DNA from: an uncultured Planctomycetia bacterium
GTDB lineage: Bacteria; Omnitrophota; Gorgyraeia; 2-02-FULL-51-18
Assembly: GCA_964642015.1 (NCBI GenBank)
Contig: CAZXLF010000002.1
Location: forward strand, 223,678 to 287,677
Direction of reading: 5' to 3'
DNA length: 64,000 nucleotides
Numbering within the stretch: position 1 is the stretch's first letter; each line of letters opens with the position of its first letter. Below, in pieces: positions 29,733-38,620 of the stretch. A program made the position numbers and the translations under genes. The notes under the pieces are model-generated. The model worked only from the letters and a program-made list of their open reading frames with translations, was not told where the DNA came from and made no database searches.

Positions 29733-31610
29733 GTGAGTCAATTCGATAAAAATCAAAAACAGAATCCAAAAAAAGATTCTAGAGAGTGGTTTCCCGGGCC
29801 CATATTTTTGTGGATCCTGCTCTTTCTAAGTATTTTTTATTTTACCCGTTTAGGGTCATTACCTCTTGAAAAACAAAATCGCCAGCTGACTTATAGCGAA
29901 TTTTCCTCAATGCTCGAGGCGAATACATCCAAGCCAACTATTAAATCAGGGATTCGCGTGGCCAATGAAGTGACCGGCGATCTGGTAAGCGGGGAGAAAT
30001 ATCGAGTAATGTTGCCCGAGCACGATCCGGATATGGAAAGGATCTTAAGGCAAAATTTGCCGAATTACGAGATTCGTCCGGAAAAAACATTTTGGGCGCA
30101 GCTTCTTTATGCTGTTATAGGTCCCGTGCTTTTTGTCGGACTCTTTTGGTTCTTGATGTACCGTGGCGCTGGTGCAGCGGGGGGCGGAAGGATTATGTCG
30201 TTTGGAAAATCCAAGGCGCGTCTATCATCGAATACTAAGATAACGTTTCAGGATGTCGCCGGAGTGGAGGAGGCGAAAGAGGAATTAAATGAGATCATCG
30301 AATTTTTAAAAGAACCCAAAAAATTTCAACGGCTCGGCGGAAAGATCCCGAAAGGCGTTCTGCTGATGGGCCCTCCCGGTACGGGTAAGACGCTTTTAGC
30401 GAAAGCAGTCAGCGGAGAAGCGGATGTACCGTTTTTTTCGATATCGGGTTCGGACTTTGTTGAAATGTTCGTGGGTGTCGGCGCTTCACGCGTGAGAGAT
30501 CTTTTTGATCAGGCAAAGAAGACGGTCAAAACGACCGGTAAAGGCTGCATTATTTTCATTGATGAGATAGATGCCGTTGGGCGTCAACGTTTTGCAGGCA
30601 TCGGTGGAGGCCATGATGAGCGCGAACAGACATTGAACGCGCTTTTAGTTGAAATGGATGGATTTAACACCCAAGCCGCTGTTATTCTGATCGCAGCCAC
30701 TAATCGCCCAGATGTGCTGGATCCCGCGCTGTTACGGCCCGGTCGATTTGACAGACAGATCGTGATTGATCGCCCTGATCTGAACGGCCGCGAGGAAATT
30801 TTGAAAGTCCATACGAAAAATATTAAGCTTCTTGATAACGTAGATTTAAAATCGATTGCGCGTCAGACGCCCGGCTTTTCGGGCGCCGACATCGCGAATT
30901 TGGCGAACGAAGCAGCGCTTCTTGCGGCGCGAAACAATAAAGAAGGTGTCGGTATGTCCGAATTGCAGGCGTCGATTGAACGCGTGATGGCCGGCCCTGA
31001 GAGAAAGAGTCGTATCATATCTGAGAAGGAACGGACTATTGTGGCTTATCATGAGTCGGGACACACCTTGTTAGCGCTTTTGGTTCCTGGTACGGATCCG
31101 CTGCATAAAGTTTCGATTATTCCGCGCGGTACAGCTGCTTTAGGATATACGATGCAGGTACCCCTGGAGGATCGATATCTCACATCCAAAAAAGAACTTT
31201 TAGGTAGATTGGTCGTTCTTTTAGGCGGACGTGCTTCCGAAGAACTTAATTTCGGCGAGATCACGACAGGCGCTCACAATGACCTTGAAGTGGCTACGAA
31301 TATCGCCAGACGCATGGTCTGCGAATTTGGTATGAGCGATAAAATGGGAAATCTCACGTTAGGACGCAGAGACCACCAAGTGTTCTTGGGCCGAGACTTA
31401 GGAGAGGAAAGGAATTTCAGCGAAGAAACGGCGCGCATGATCGACAATGAAATTAAAAGCATCATCGACGAATCCTATGTAAAGGCCAAGAATGCATTGA
31501 CCGCTCACATGGAGCAGCTCAAAGCGCTTGCTAAAGCGCTTCTTGAAAAAGAAGTCTTGGACGCAGAGGAAGTCAGAACCATTGTCGGAATCCCAGCGGC
31601 CGCAGTTTGA
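29733..31610 (+). CDS. ftsH: ATP-dependent zinc metalloprotease FtsH
   Basis: Two TM helices, [23 protein letters not shown] and HESGH. Confidence 0.97.
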   Translation: MSQFDKNQKQNPKKDSREWFPGPIFLWILLFLSIFYFTRLGSLPLEKQNRQLTYSEFSSMLEANTSKPTIKSGIRVANEVTGDLVSGEKYRVMLPEHDPDMERILRQNLPNYEIRPEKTFWAQLLYAVIGPVLFVGLFWFLMYRGAGAAGGGRIMSFGKSKARLSSNTKITFQDVAGVEEAKEELNEIIEFLKEPKKFQRLGGKIPKGVLLMGPPGTGKTLLAKAVSGEADVPFFSISGSDFVEMFVGVGASRVRDLFDQAKKTVKTTGKGCIIFIDEIDAVGRQRFAGIGGGHDEREQTLNALLVEMDGFNTQAAVILIAATNRPDVLDPALLRPGRFDRQIVIDRPDLNGREEILKVHTKNIKLLDNVDLKSIARQTPGFSGADIANLANEAALLAARNNKEGVGMSELQASIERVMAGPERKSRIISEKERTIVAYHESGHTLLALLVPGTDPLHKVSIIPRGTAALGYTMQVPLEDRYLTSKKELLGRLVVLLGGRASEELNFGEITTGAHNDLEVATNIARRMVCEFGMSDKMGNLTLGRRDHQVFLGRDLGEERNFSEETARMIDNEIKSIIDESYVKAKNALTAHMEQLKALAKALLEKEVLDAEEVRTIVGIPAAAV

Positions 31611-32478
31611 TCTTTACATCGGCGGCGCCAAGCTTTGCTTAGGGCGCGAAACAAAGATCATGGGGGTCCTGAATGTGACCCCCGATTCTTTTAGTGACGG
31701 CGGATGTTTTATAGACCCAGGCGCTGCAGAGGCGCATGCGGTTCGAATGGCCGAAGAGGGCGCACATCTGATCGATGTTGGCGGAGAATCGTCGCGACCG
31801 GGTTCAATTCCGCTTCTAGCCCGCGAAGAAATAAACAGATTGCGCCCGGTTCTGAAACGATTATCGCGTACGATCCAAATCCCTATATCCGTTGATACCT
31901 ATAAGCATCAAGTTGCTCAGATGGCCTTGGATGAGGGAGCATCGATCATCAACGATATTTATGCGTTGCGCGGTAATAAACGCTTGGCAAAAATGATCGC
32001 CAGATATAAAGCGGGAGTCGTTCTGATGCACATGCAAGGCCATCCCCAAACGATGCAGATAAAGCCTCAATACAAGAATCTTTTTGCTGAAATTAGCTCT
32101 TATTTAGCCGATGCAGCGGGAACTGCTCTTGACGCTGGCGTTGATCGCTCAAACATTATTATCGATCCAGGTTTCGGTTTTGGTAAGACAACAGCCCAAA
32201 ATATGGAGATCCTGAGCGGTCTCAACCGTTTTTTAAAATTAAAGCTTCCCATCCTCGTCGGTTTATCGCGGAAATCTTTCATCGGCAATGTGATCGGAGC
32301 ACCAGTCTCTGAGAGGCTCTACGGATCTTTGGCTGCCGCAGTGATTGCTATTCACAAAGGAGCTCATATTTTAAGAGTCCATGATGTTCTGCCTCATAAG
32401 CATGTCGCAACATTAGCCGATGCCGCCTGTTCCCAACCTCATACTAAAAAAACAAGGATTTTAGAGCATGCATTTTGA
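31582..32478 (+). CDS. folP: Dihydropteroate synthase
   Basis: MGVLNVTPDSFSDGG, DVGGESSRPG, DPGFGFGK, SRKSF and RVHDV; start uncertain (TTG 31582 or 31528). Confidence 0.94.
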   Translation: MSESQRPQFDLYIGGAKLCLGRETKIMGVLNVTPDSFSDGGCFIDPGAAEAHAVRMAEEGAHLIDVGGESSRPGSIPLLAREEINRLRPVLKRLSRTIQIPISVDTYKHQVAQMALDEGASIINDIYALRGNKRLAKMIARYKAGVVLMHMQGHPQTMQIKPQYKNLFAEISSYLADAAGTALDAGVDRSNIIIDPGFGFGKTTAQNMEILSGLNRFLKLKLPILVGLSRKSFIGNVIGAPVSERLYGSLAAAVIAIHKGAHILRVHDVLPHKHVATLADAACSQPHTKKTRILEHAF

Positions 32479-33283
32479 TCAGGCCATGGCCATTCAAATC
32501 CTCAAGGCCTATTGGCGGCCGGTAATTGAGATCGGTGTGTTCTGGTTTGCTTATTATTTGTTGTTCGTGTATATCAAAGACAGCGGAATGGTGCAGGCCT
32601 TAAAAGGCCTTGTGTTCATCGTTGTGGTTTTTTTTGCGGCCGAGATCTTCGAATTTAAATCCATCCGCTGGGTACTTTCTCATTTATTCCAGATCTCTAT
32701 CATAGGTTTTTTCATCATTTTCCAATCGGAGTTGAGACGTGGCTTGACGCGTATCGGTCAAAGCCCGCTATTCAAACTGTTCCTCAAAGAAGAGCGGCTT
32801 GTCGATGAGATTGTGAAGGCGGTCATTTCAATGTCGAAAAATAAGATCGGTGCGTTGATAGCCATAGAGAAAGAGATTAATTTGAAGCCGTATATTGAAA
32901 GCGGCATCGCGCTTGACGGCGTTTTAACATCCGAACTTTTATTTACGATATTCATGCCCAACACCCCGTTTCATGACGGCGGCGTTGTGATCCATGGCGG
33001 ACGCGTTGTTGCAGTAGGCTGTCTCTTCCCGCTTTCTCAAAGCCAAAAACTTTCTAAGACGCTCGGCACGCGGCATAGAGCAGGTTTGGGTCTAAGCGAA
33101 GAAACAGATGCGTTGGTGATTGTCGTGTCTGAGGAAACGGGGATCATTTCGGTGATGAGCCAGGCTAAGATCACTCGGGATATAGATGAAGAAAGGCTCA
33201 GGAACTATCTTCTGGAACTTTATCAGCCTCAAAAGGCGAATTCAAAGAATAAAAAATTCCTGTTCAGAAAGGAGCGCGCGTGA
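32468..33283 (+). CDS. cdaA: Membrane diadenylate cyclase CdaA/DacA
   Basis: Three N-terminal TMs, FQSELRRGL, HDGG, LGTRHRA and VSEETG. Confidence 0.93.
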   Translation: MHFDQAMAIQILKAYWRPVIEIGVFWFAYYLLFVYIKDSGMVQALKGLVFIVVVFFAAEIFEFKSIRWVLSHLFQISIIGFFIIFQSELRRGLTRIGQSPLFKLFLKEERLVDEIVKAVISMSKNKIGALIAIEKEINLKPYIESGIALDGVLTSELLFTIFMPNTPFHDGGVVIHGGRVVAVGCLFPLSQSQKLSKTLGTRHRAGLGLSEETDALVIVVSEETGIISVMSQAKITRDIDEERLRNYLLELYQPQKANSKNKKFLFRKERA

Positions 33284-33732
33284 ATTTACTGAAAGGTTCC
33301 TGGGCGCTAAAAATTGCGGCTTTGATCTCGGCGATCCTAACGTATTTTTATATCATGGGTGAGATCAATAGCACCGAAAAAGAAAAGAAAGTCTCAGACC
33401 CTTCTTATAAACTGATCAAACTTACTGCTAAAGACCTTCCCGTAAAAGTCAGGCTGGCGACGGCCCCTCCGGATGGTTACAAGCTTCTAGCGGATGAAGT
33501 TTCTACCAATCCGGCTCGTGTGGTTGTTGTGGGTCCTGAGGCATTGCTGGAGGAAGCATCAGTTGCTGAAACAGCGCTTGTTGATATCAGTGAAAACACC
33601 AAAACAACGACCCGGAAAATTCCTTTGGAAAGCGTTGCCGGCATTCCGCTGGCAGGATCACCCTATACAGTGGATGTAACGGTGCCGCTTGAAAAAATTG
33701 TCGAAAAACCCCCCGTCGAAGAAAAAAAATAA
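33280..33732 (+). CDS. CdaR/YbbR-like single-domain membrane protein
   Basis: N-terminal anchor LKIAALISAIL, YbbR-like PxxVVVVGP; follows cdaA. Confidence 0.75.
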   Translation: MNLLKGSWALKIAALISAILTYFYIMGEINSTEKEKKVSDPSYKLIKLTAKDLPVKVRLATAPPDGYKLLADEVSTNPARVVVVGPEALLEEASVAETALVDISENTKTTTRKIPLESVAGIPLAGSPYTVDVTVPLEKIVEKPPVEEKK

Positions 33733-33753
33733 TCACATCTGGAGAATTACTTG

Positions 33754-34467
33754 ATGAAATTGGGAGTTAATGTCGATCATGTCGCTACTTTGCGGCAGGC
33801 TCGCCGAGGTAAAGAGCCCGATCCCGTAAATGCCGCTAAAATTTGCGAAAAAGTAGGAGCGCATTCGATTGTCATGCATTTAAGGGAGGATAGAAGACAT
33901 ATCCAGGATTCAGATCTTTTTAAGGTCAAAAAGGTTTTGAAGATCAAGCTGAATTTGGAAATGTCATTAGCACCTTCTATTGTAAAGATTGCTGCCGAAC
34001 TTCGGCCGGATCAGGTGACTTTAGTGCCAGAAAAAAGGGAAGAGATGACGACGGAAAGCGGTTTGAATCTTTTGAGTGAAAAAAGCCGGCTTGTGCGCTG
34101 TATGGAGATTTTTCGCAAGAAAAAGATAGAGGTCAGCTGTTTTATCGATCCGGATCCGAAGCAGATCGCTATGGCAAAAAAGATAGGAGCTGATGCAGTC
34201 GAGTTTCATACTGGTACTTATTCCGAGCAGAGAAGTGCGCAGGGAACGAGGAGGGAACTGGATCGTCTTAAGAAGGCCGTGAGGCTTGCTCAAGATGCGG
34301 GGCTTGATGCGCATGCCGGTCATGGACTTGATTATAAAAATGTCATCGCGGTCACCAAGATCAAAGGCATCGATGAGCTCAATATCGGCTATTCGATCGT
34401 GATACGGGCTCTCTGGGTTGGTTTTGAAAATGCCGTCAAAGAGATGATGGAACTTATCAAGAGATGA
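33754..34467 (+). CDS. pdxJ: Pyridoxine 5'-phosphate synthase
   Basis: LGVNVDHVATLRQAR, HLREDRRHI, TLVPE and AGHGL. Confidence 0.96.
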   Translation: MKLGVNVDHVATLRQARRGKEPDPVNAAKICEKVGAHSIVMHLREDRRHIQDSDLFKVKKVLKIKLNLEMSLAPSIVKIAAELRPDQVTLVPEKREEMTTESGLNLLSEKSRLVRCMEIFRKKKIEVSCFIDPDPKQIAMAKKIGADAVEFHTGTYSEQRSAQGTRRELDRLKKAVRLAQDAGLDAHAGHGLDYKNVIAVTKIKGIDELNIGYSIVIRALWVGFENAVKEMMELIKR

Positions 34468-34871
34468 AAAAAAATTCGGCGAAAAAAAGAGCTACGCAGG
34501 CGATCGGGATAGACATCGTTGAGATCAAACGGTTAAGCCGGGTCAGTAAGCGTTGGGGAGAAGGCTTTTTGAATAAAGTTTATACAAAGCGGGAATTGGC
34601 CTACGCAAATTCTAAGAGATTTCCTTACCAACATTTAGCGGCACGTTTTGCCGCGAAGGAAGCGATTTTCAAGGCGCTTGGTGAAGTTGAGAGAAATTTC
34701 GTTGGTTGGAAAAATGTGGAGATATTGAATGACGCTTATGGAAAGCCTATCGTGAGATGGCATGGCGACGCCGAAAAAGTAAGAAGAAAAAGGAAATTAA
34801 AAGACGTGGTCGTTAGTCTTTCGCACACGGAAAATTACGCCGTGGCCAGCGCAATGCTTCTTTTTAAATGA
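34464..34871 (+). CDS. acpS: Holo-[acyl-carrier-protein] synthase
   Basis: GIDIVE, RFAAKEA.FKALG, GKP and SLSH. Confidence 0.95.
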   Translation: MKKNSAKKRATQAIGIDIVEIKRLSRVSKRWGEGFLNKVYTKRELAYANSKRFPYQHLAARFAAKEAIFKALGEVERNFVGWKNVEILNDAYGKPIVRWHGDAEKVRRKRKLKDVVVSLSHTENYAVASAMLLFK

Positions 34872-35731
34872 GATCTTCACTGCCTCCCAAAAACTTCCCT
34901 TTATTACCTAGAAAAAAGGGTTCAGATAAAAGCTGTTTCGGGCACGCGTTGATCCTTGCCGGTTCACGTGGTTTGACAGGCGCCATGATTTTGGCTTCGC
35001 GTGCAGCGCTTGAATCAGGCAGCGGTCTTGTGACGTTGGGCCTTGCCGAAAGCCTGCTTCCAATCGCCGCAAAAAGCATTCCCGAAGTCATGCAATTGCC
35101 GCTAAAAGAAACAAAAGAAGCATCACCGCGATTTTCTGCTTATTCGGCAATAAAAAATTTCATTGATAAAAGAAGGGCCAATGGTCTTTTGATAGGCCCG
35201 GGCCTTTCACAAAATACCGAAACGCAAAAGCTGGTCAGAAAATTGGTCCGTTCGATTTCAGTGACGACAATATTGGATGCAGATGGGATCAATAGTTTTA
35301 AAAGAAAGCGTAAAGAAATTTTATCCCACAAGGGAAAGCTTGTCATCACTCCTCACAAGAAGGAATTTGAGCGTCTTTTCTCGGAAAAATGGCCGGAAAA
35401 TAAAGATCAGCGTATCAAACTTGCAAAAAAACTTTCTAAGTTCTATGATGTGGTGCTTGTCATGAAAGGAAGAGGCACGCTTGTTGTTCACCATGACCGT
35501 TGTTATGTGAATTCAACAGGCAATCCCGGTATGGCCAAAGGCGGATCGGGAGACGTGCTTGCGGGGATCATTACAGCATTTGTTTGCCAGAGGTTAGAAC
35601 CTTTTGAAGCGGCCTGCTGGGCGGTTTATTTTCACGGAAAGGCAGCTGATCTGGCTGTTAAAGAACGCGGTGAGCTCAGCCTTATAGCGAGCGATATCAT
35701 TCGTTTTTTGCCAAAAGCGTTTAAGAAGTAA
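34868..35731 (+). CDS. nnrD: ADP-dependent NAD(P)H-hydrate dehydratase (stand-alone)
   Basis: GSGLV, IGPGL, LDADG, ITPHKKEF and GNPGMAKGGSGDVLAG. Confidence 0.9.
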   Translation: MRSSLPPKNFPLLPRKKGSDKSCFGHALILAGSRGLTGAMILASRAALESGSGLVTLGLAESLLPIAAKSIPEVMQLPLKETKEASPRFSAYSAIKNFIDKRRANGLLIGPGLSQNTETQKLVRKLVRSISVTTILDADGINSFKRKRKEILSHKGKLVITPHKKEFERLFSEKWPENKDQRIKLAKKLSKFYDVVLVMKGRGTLVVHHDRCYVNSTGNPGMAKGGSGDVLAGIITAFVCQRLEPFEAACWAVYFHGKAADLAVKERGELSLIASDIIRFLPKAFKK

Positions 35732-35745
35732 TTATACGGATTTTT

Positions 35746-35818
35746 GCTAGCGTAGCTCAGTTGGTAGAGCAGCCGCCTTGTAAGCGGCAGGTCGCCAGTT
35801 CAATTCTGGCCGCTAGCT
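35746..35818 (+). tRNA. tRNA-Thr(TGT)
   Basis: Acceptor GCTAGCG/CGCTAGC, anticodon arm GCCGC-CTTGTAA-GCGGC; CCA not encoded. Confidence 0.95.
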
Positions 35819-35832
35819 CGGATTAAAAATTC

Positions 35833-35917
35833 GGGCAGGTAGCGAAGCGGTCAAACGCAACAGACTGTAAATCTGTCGGCTATGCCTTCGAAGGTTCGAA
35901 TCCTTCCCTGCCCACCA
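35833..35917 (+). tRNA. tRNA-Tyr(GTA)
   Basis: Acceptor GGGCAGG/CCTGCCC, ACAGA-CTGTAAA-TCTGT, long variable arm, encoded CCA. Confidence 0.96.
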
Positions 35918-36069
35918 TATTTTTGTATTAGTGGGTCTTCGAGGATTCGAAGAGAGCCGCGTGTTATGAGCTGCGACGCTCAGGAGCAGTGAATGTGGCG
36001 ACTGGCCGACCCGAAGCGGACATGCAATGCCGCAAAGGGCGCCGAATCCTTCCCTGCCCACCATTAATA
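35918..36069 (+). repeat. tRNA-Tyr-linked structured element ending in a duplicate of the tRNA 3' end
   Basis: CGAATCCTTCCCTGCCCACCAT at both 35897..35918 and 36043..36064; element ends are mutually complementary. Confidence 0.8.
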
Positions 36070-36122
36070 GAAAATATAAAGTTGCAGGACGCATGGTTTA
36101 AAGACAAACAAAAGGAGACAAA

Positions 36123-37100
36123 ATGAAAAAGATAACCTTATCTTTATTTTTGATCAGCGCAGCTTCGATATTGTCTATATCGCAGGCATCCGCTCAGGCG
36201 GGTTCTCCTGCGGCCGGACAAACTCAATGGCAGAGTCTAAAAGACTTTACCGAACAGGAATATGGTTATTTCAAGACAAAAAGTGAAGAGATCGCGCTCC
36301 TTGATAAACAATTACAGTCTTTAGATGAAGATGCAAAGAAACTTCCGGGAGAACAGGAGAAAAAGCAGGTCTGGATACAAATGTCCCCCGTATTAAGTAA
36401 GAAAAAAGAGATCATGTCCGAAGTAGCTGCGCGTGATAACGAATCGAAAAAGAAGCTGATGGAAATGCTTCAAGCAAGTTCGCAGACAGGGGATCAAAAT
36501 GGAGTTAATGAAGCTCAAGGCGTTGGCGCCGAGCAAGGGTCCTCCGGTCCAGCGGAAAGCGGAGATCAAAAAGCGCCCTCAATGATGCAGCGTCTAAGTC
36601 AGACGATGGGCGGAGGAGCCAAGTTGCAGGGAGCCCAGCAACCGAGTTCTGCGCAACAGCGTCCAACAAAGGATCCGCAGCAGATAAAGGCGTTCCAGGC
36701 GGAGATCCAAATGCAGCGTCAGGAATTCGAAAAGAAGCTGAAAGAAATACCCGCTGGGCCCAAGGAACAGGCTCAGAGAGATTTGAATGACCAGATCAAA
36801 AAGGAGACAGAAGACTTCCAGAAGGATCTGAAGGCAATGCCTCCTGATCCTAAAGAAGACATGCAGAAAGAGTTTCAGGAAAGAGTTGCAAAGGATAAAA
36901 AAGAACTGGATGAAAAGATAAAATCGATGCCGCTCGGACCCAAAGAGGTAAAACAGCAGGAATTTAATAAGCATATCGGTGAGTTGAGAAAAGCATTCGC
37001 AGAAAAGATCAAATCAATGCCTCCTGATCCGAGAGAATCTGCACAAAAAGAATTTGAAGCTTCGATTCAAAACAAGATAAAAGAGTTCATGAATAGCTAG
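36123..37100 (+). CDS. Secreted helical protein with 30-aa tandem repeats, function unknown
   Basis: SD AGGAG, signal peptide, Q/E/K-rich; PxxP(K/R)E repeats every 90 nt from 36747. Confidence 0.75.
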   Translation: MKKITLSLFLISAASILSISQASAQAGSPAAGQTQWQSLKDFTEQEYGYFKTKSEEIALLDKQLQSLDEDAKKLPGEQEKKQVWIQMSPVLSKKKEIMSEVAARDNESKKKLMEMLQASSQTGDQNGVNEAQGVGAEQGSSGPAESGDQKAPSMMQRLSQTMGGGAKLQGAQQPSSAQQRPTKDPQQIKAFQAEIQMQRQEFEKKLKEIPAGPKEQAQRDLNDQIKKETEDFQKDLKAMPPDPKEDMQKEFQERVAKDKKELDEKIKSMPLGPKEVKQQEFNKHIGELRKAFAEKIKSMPPDPRESAQKEFEASIQNKIKEFMNS

Positions 37101-37114
37101 TTTCGCGCGGTTCA

Positions 37115-37567
37115 ATGCGTTTATGGAGCATTCACCCTTGTTATCTTGATGCTAAGGGGTTAGTTGCGCTTTGGCGGGAAGCGTTGCTTGCTAGAAAAGT
37201 TTTAGCTGGAAAAACACGCAGCTATCAATATCACCCTCAGCTTATCCGATTTAAGAAGCATTCCAACCCCAAAACTGCTATCGCGGCCTATCTTTATGTG
37301 ATCCGAAAAGAAGCCCAAAAGCGCGGATATTCTTTTAAATCCATTAGGAAAAGTAAAACCGTACGGATGATCCCAGTGACTCGGGGACAGTTGAGGTATG
37401 AATTCAAATGGTTAATGCATAAACTGAGAACAAGGGACCCTTTGAAACACAAGGAATTATTGAAAATTAAAAATATTAAGCCGCACCCTCTTTTTAAAGT
37501 TGTCTCGGGTATAGTAGAAGATTGGGAGAAGAGGAATAAGATATTATCAGGCCAGAAAGCCGCTTGA
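37115..37567 (+). CDS. Pyrimidine dimer DNA glycosylase / T4 endonuclease V-like protein
   Basis: MRLWSIHPxYLDAKGLVALWREALLA, HPQLIRF, EAQKRGY, VTRGQLRYE and HPLF. Confidence 0.85.
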   Translation: MRLWSIHPCYLDAKGLVALWREALLARKVLAGKTRSYQYHPQLIRFKKHSNPKTAIAAYLYVIRKEAQKRGYSFKSIRKSKTVRMIPVTRGQLRYEFKWLMHKLRTRDPLKHKELLKIKNIKPHPLFKVVSGIVEDWEKRNKILSGQKAA

Positions 37568-37592
37568 GAATGTGGAGATCTTCTGGTAGATT
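37564..37592 (+). promoter_or_regulatory. Promoter upstream of tRNA-Gly
   Basis: TTGAGA-17 bp-TAGATT with TGn extension. Confidence 0.5.
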
Positions 37593-37620
37593 ATGTGGCG
37601 TTGCGGATTGTTCGTCTTTC

Positions 37621-37694
37621 GCGGGTGTAGTTCAATGGTAGAATCCGAGTTTTCCAAACTCGTTACGCGGGTTCGATTCCCGCCACCCGCTCCA
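37621..37694 (+). tRNA. tRNA-Gly(TCC)
   Basis: Acceptor GCGGGTG/CACCCGC, CGAGT-TTTCCAA-ACTCG, encoded CCA. Confidence 0.95.
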
Positions 37695-37729
37695 TTTTAT
37701 ACTGACCACACATCATCTCGGCTTTAATT

Positions 37730-38413
37730 ATGGAAAAAATAAAAAACAGCATTGCTGCAATTTTTGTTAAAGCAGGTTTCAGCGCAAATTTTCTGACGAT
37801 TCTAGGATTGCTTTGCGCGTTTTTTTCGGCTGTCCTTATATATAAAGGAAAGTTCCTTTGGGCTGGGACCATGGTTATGCTATCAGGCTGTCTGGATCTT
37901 ATGGATGGGGCAGTTGCGCGTTTGTCCAAGACCTCAAATTCCTTTGGCGCAATATTAGACTCTTCGCTAGACCGATACGGAGATGGGTTTATATTCGCGG
38001 GCTTATTTTTCTTCTGTGTACGCCACAATCATTATATGCATGCAATGTTGGCGGTTAGTGCTTGGCTCGGTTCCTTTTTGATCAGCTATGTGCGTGCGCG
38101 CGCCGAATGCTTGATCTCAAAATGCCGCGTGGGCTTCTGGGAAAGAGGCGAGAGAATGGTGTATATTGCTCTCGGCTTGTTGTTTAACAACATCGCTTTG
38201 GTTCTTTGGGTATTGGCCTTTGCTACGCATGGCACAGCATTTTTAAGACTTGTGTATGCCAAGAAAGAAACAGGGTCGGCCGGTTATTGGGAAAAGCATA
38301 GATCGACTATTTTAGACTTTATTTTTCAGCCGCAGGGAAGGGTGTGTGGGGCCTATTTTTTTAAAATAACAGCTCTTTTTTTGGCAGTGCTTTTGGTACG
38401 CATTCCCTTATAA
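37730..38413 (+). CDS. CDP-alcohol phosphatidyltransferase, phosphatidylinositol-phosphate synthase-like
   Basis: DLMDGAVAR...GAILDSSLDRYGD signature plus SYVRARAE and VGFWERGER. Confidence 0.85.
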   Translation: MEKIKNSIAAIFVKAGFSANFLTILGLLCAFFSAVLIYKGKFLWAGTMVMLSGCLDLMDGAVARLSKTSNSFGAILDSSLDRYGDGFIFAGLFFFCVRHNHYMHAMLAVSAWLGSFLISYVRARAECLISKCRVGFWERGERMVYIALGLLFNNIALVLWVLAFATHGTAFLRLVYAKKETGSAGYWEKHRSTILDFIFQPQGRVCGAYFFKITALFLAVLLVRIPL

Positions 38414-38422
38414 GAAAAAATC

Positions 38423-38450
38423 TTGACAGTATTCAAAAAATCATTATAAT
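38423..38450 (+). promoter_or_regulatory. Consensus sigma70 promoter for tRNA-Thr-tuf
   Basis: TTGACA-16 bp-TATAAT with an A-rich upstream tract. Confidence 0.8.
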
Positions 38451-38544
38451 TAGCGCACGTTATTAGATTCGGGTGATTTCTGTATTCGAAGTCATGTTTT
38501 AAATCAGCTCAGATGGACATGGGTTTGCAATTCGGTGCTCTTGC

Positions 38545-38620
38545 GCTGCAGTAGCTCAGTTGGTAGAGCACGTGCATGGTAAGCACGAGGTCATCGGTTC
38601 AATCCCGATCTGCAGCTCCA
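38545..38620 (+). tRNA. tRNA-Thr(GGT)
   Basis: Acceptor GCTGCAG/CTGCAGC, CGTGC-ATGGTAA-GCACG, encoded CCA. Confidence 0.95.

Noticed and set aside
29487-29756. 89-aa minus-strand ORF in the ino1-ftsH spacer
   Set aside because: Runs across both divergent promoters, has no recognisable motif and is AT-rich regulatory DNA.
35897-36064. tRNA-Tyr 3' repeat as a CRISPR array or prophage attL/attR
   Set aside because: Only two copies 146 bp apart, no cas genes, and no integrase or phage genes in the window; kept only as a mini-element finding.
35813-36094. 93-aa minus-strand ORF over tRNA-Tyr and the linked element (similar cases at 26352..26579, 37663..38028 and 40022..40270)
   Set aside because: Antisense translations of tRNA genes (WWAGKDSNLR, GQSRTAD, ERVAGIEPA, GQEGLEPPT), a known artefact.
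38506-38517. AGCTCAGATGGA in the tRNA-Thr leader, identical to the tRNA-Arg D arm (26473..26484)
   Set aside because: Only 12 nt and no cloverleaf around it; compatible with chance, so no pseudo-tRNA is called.
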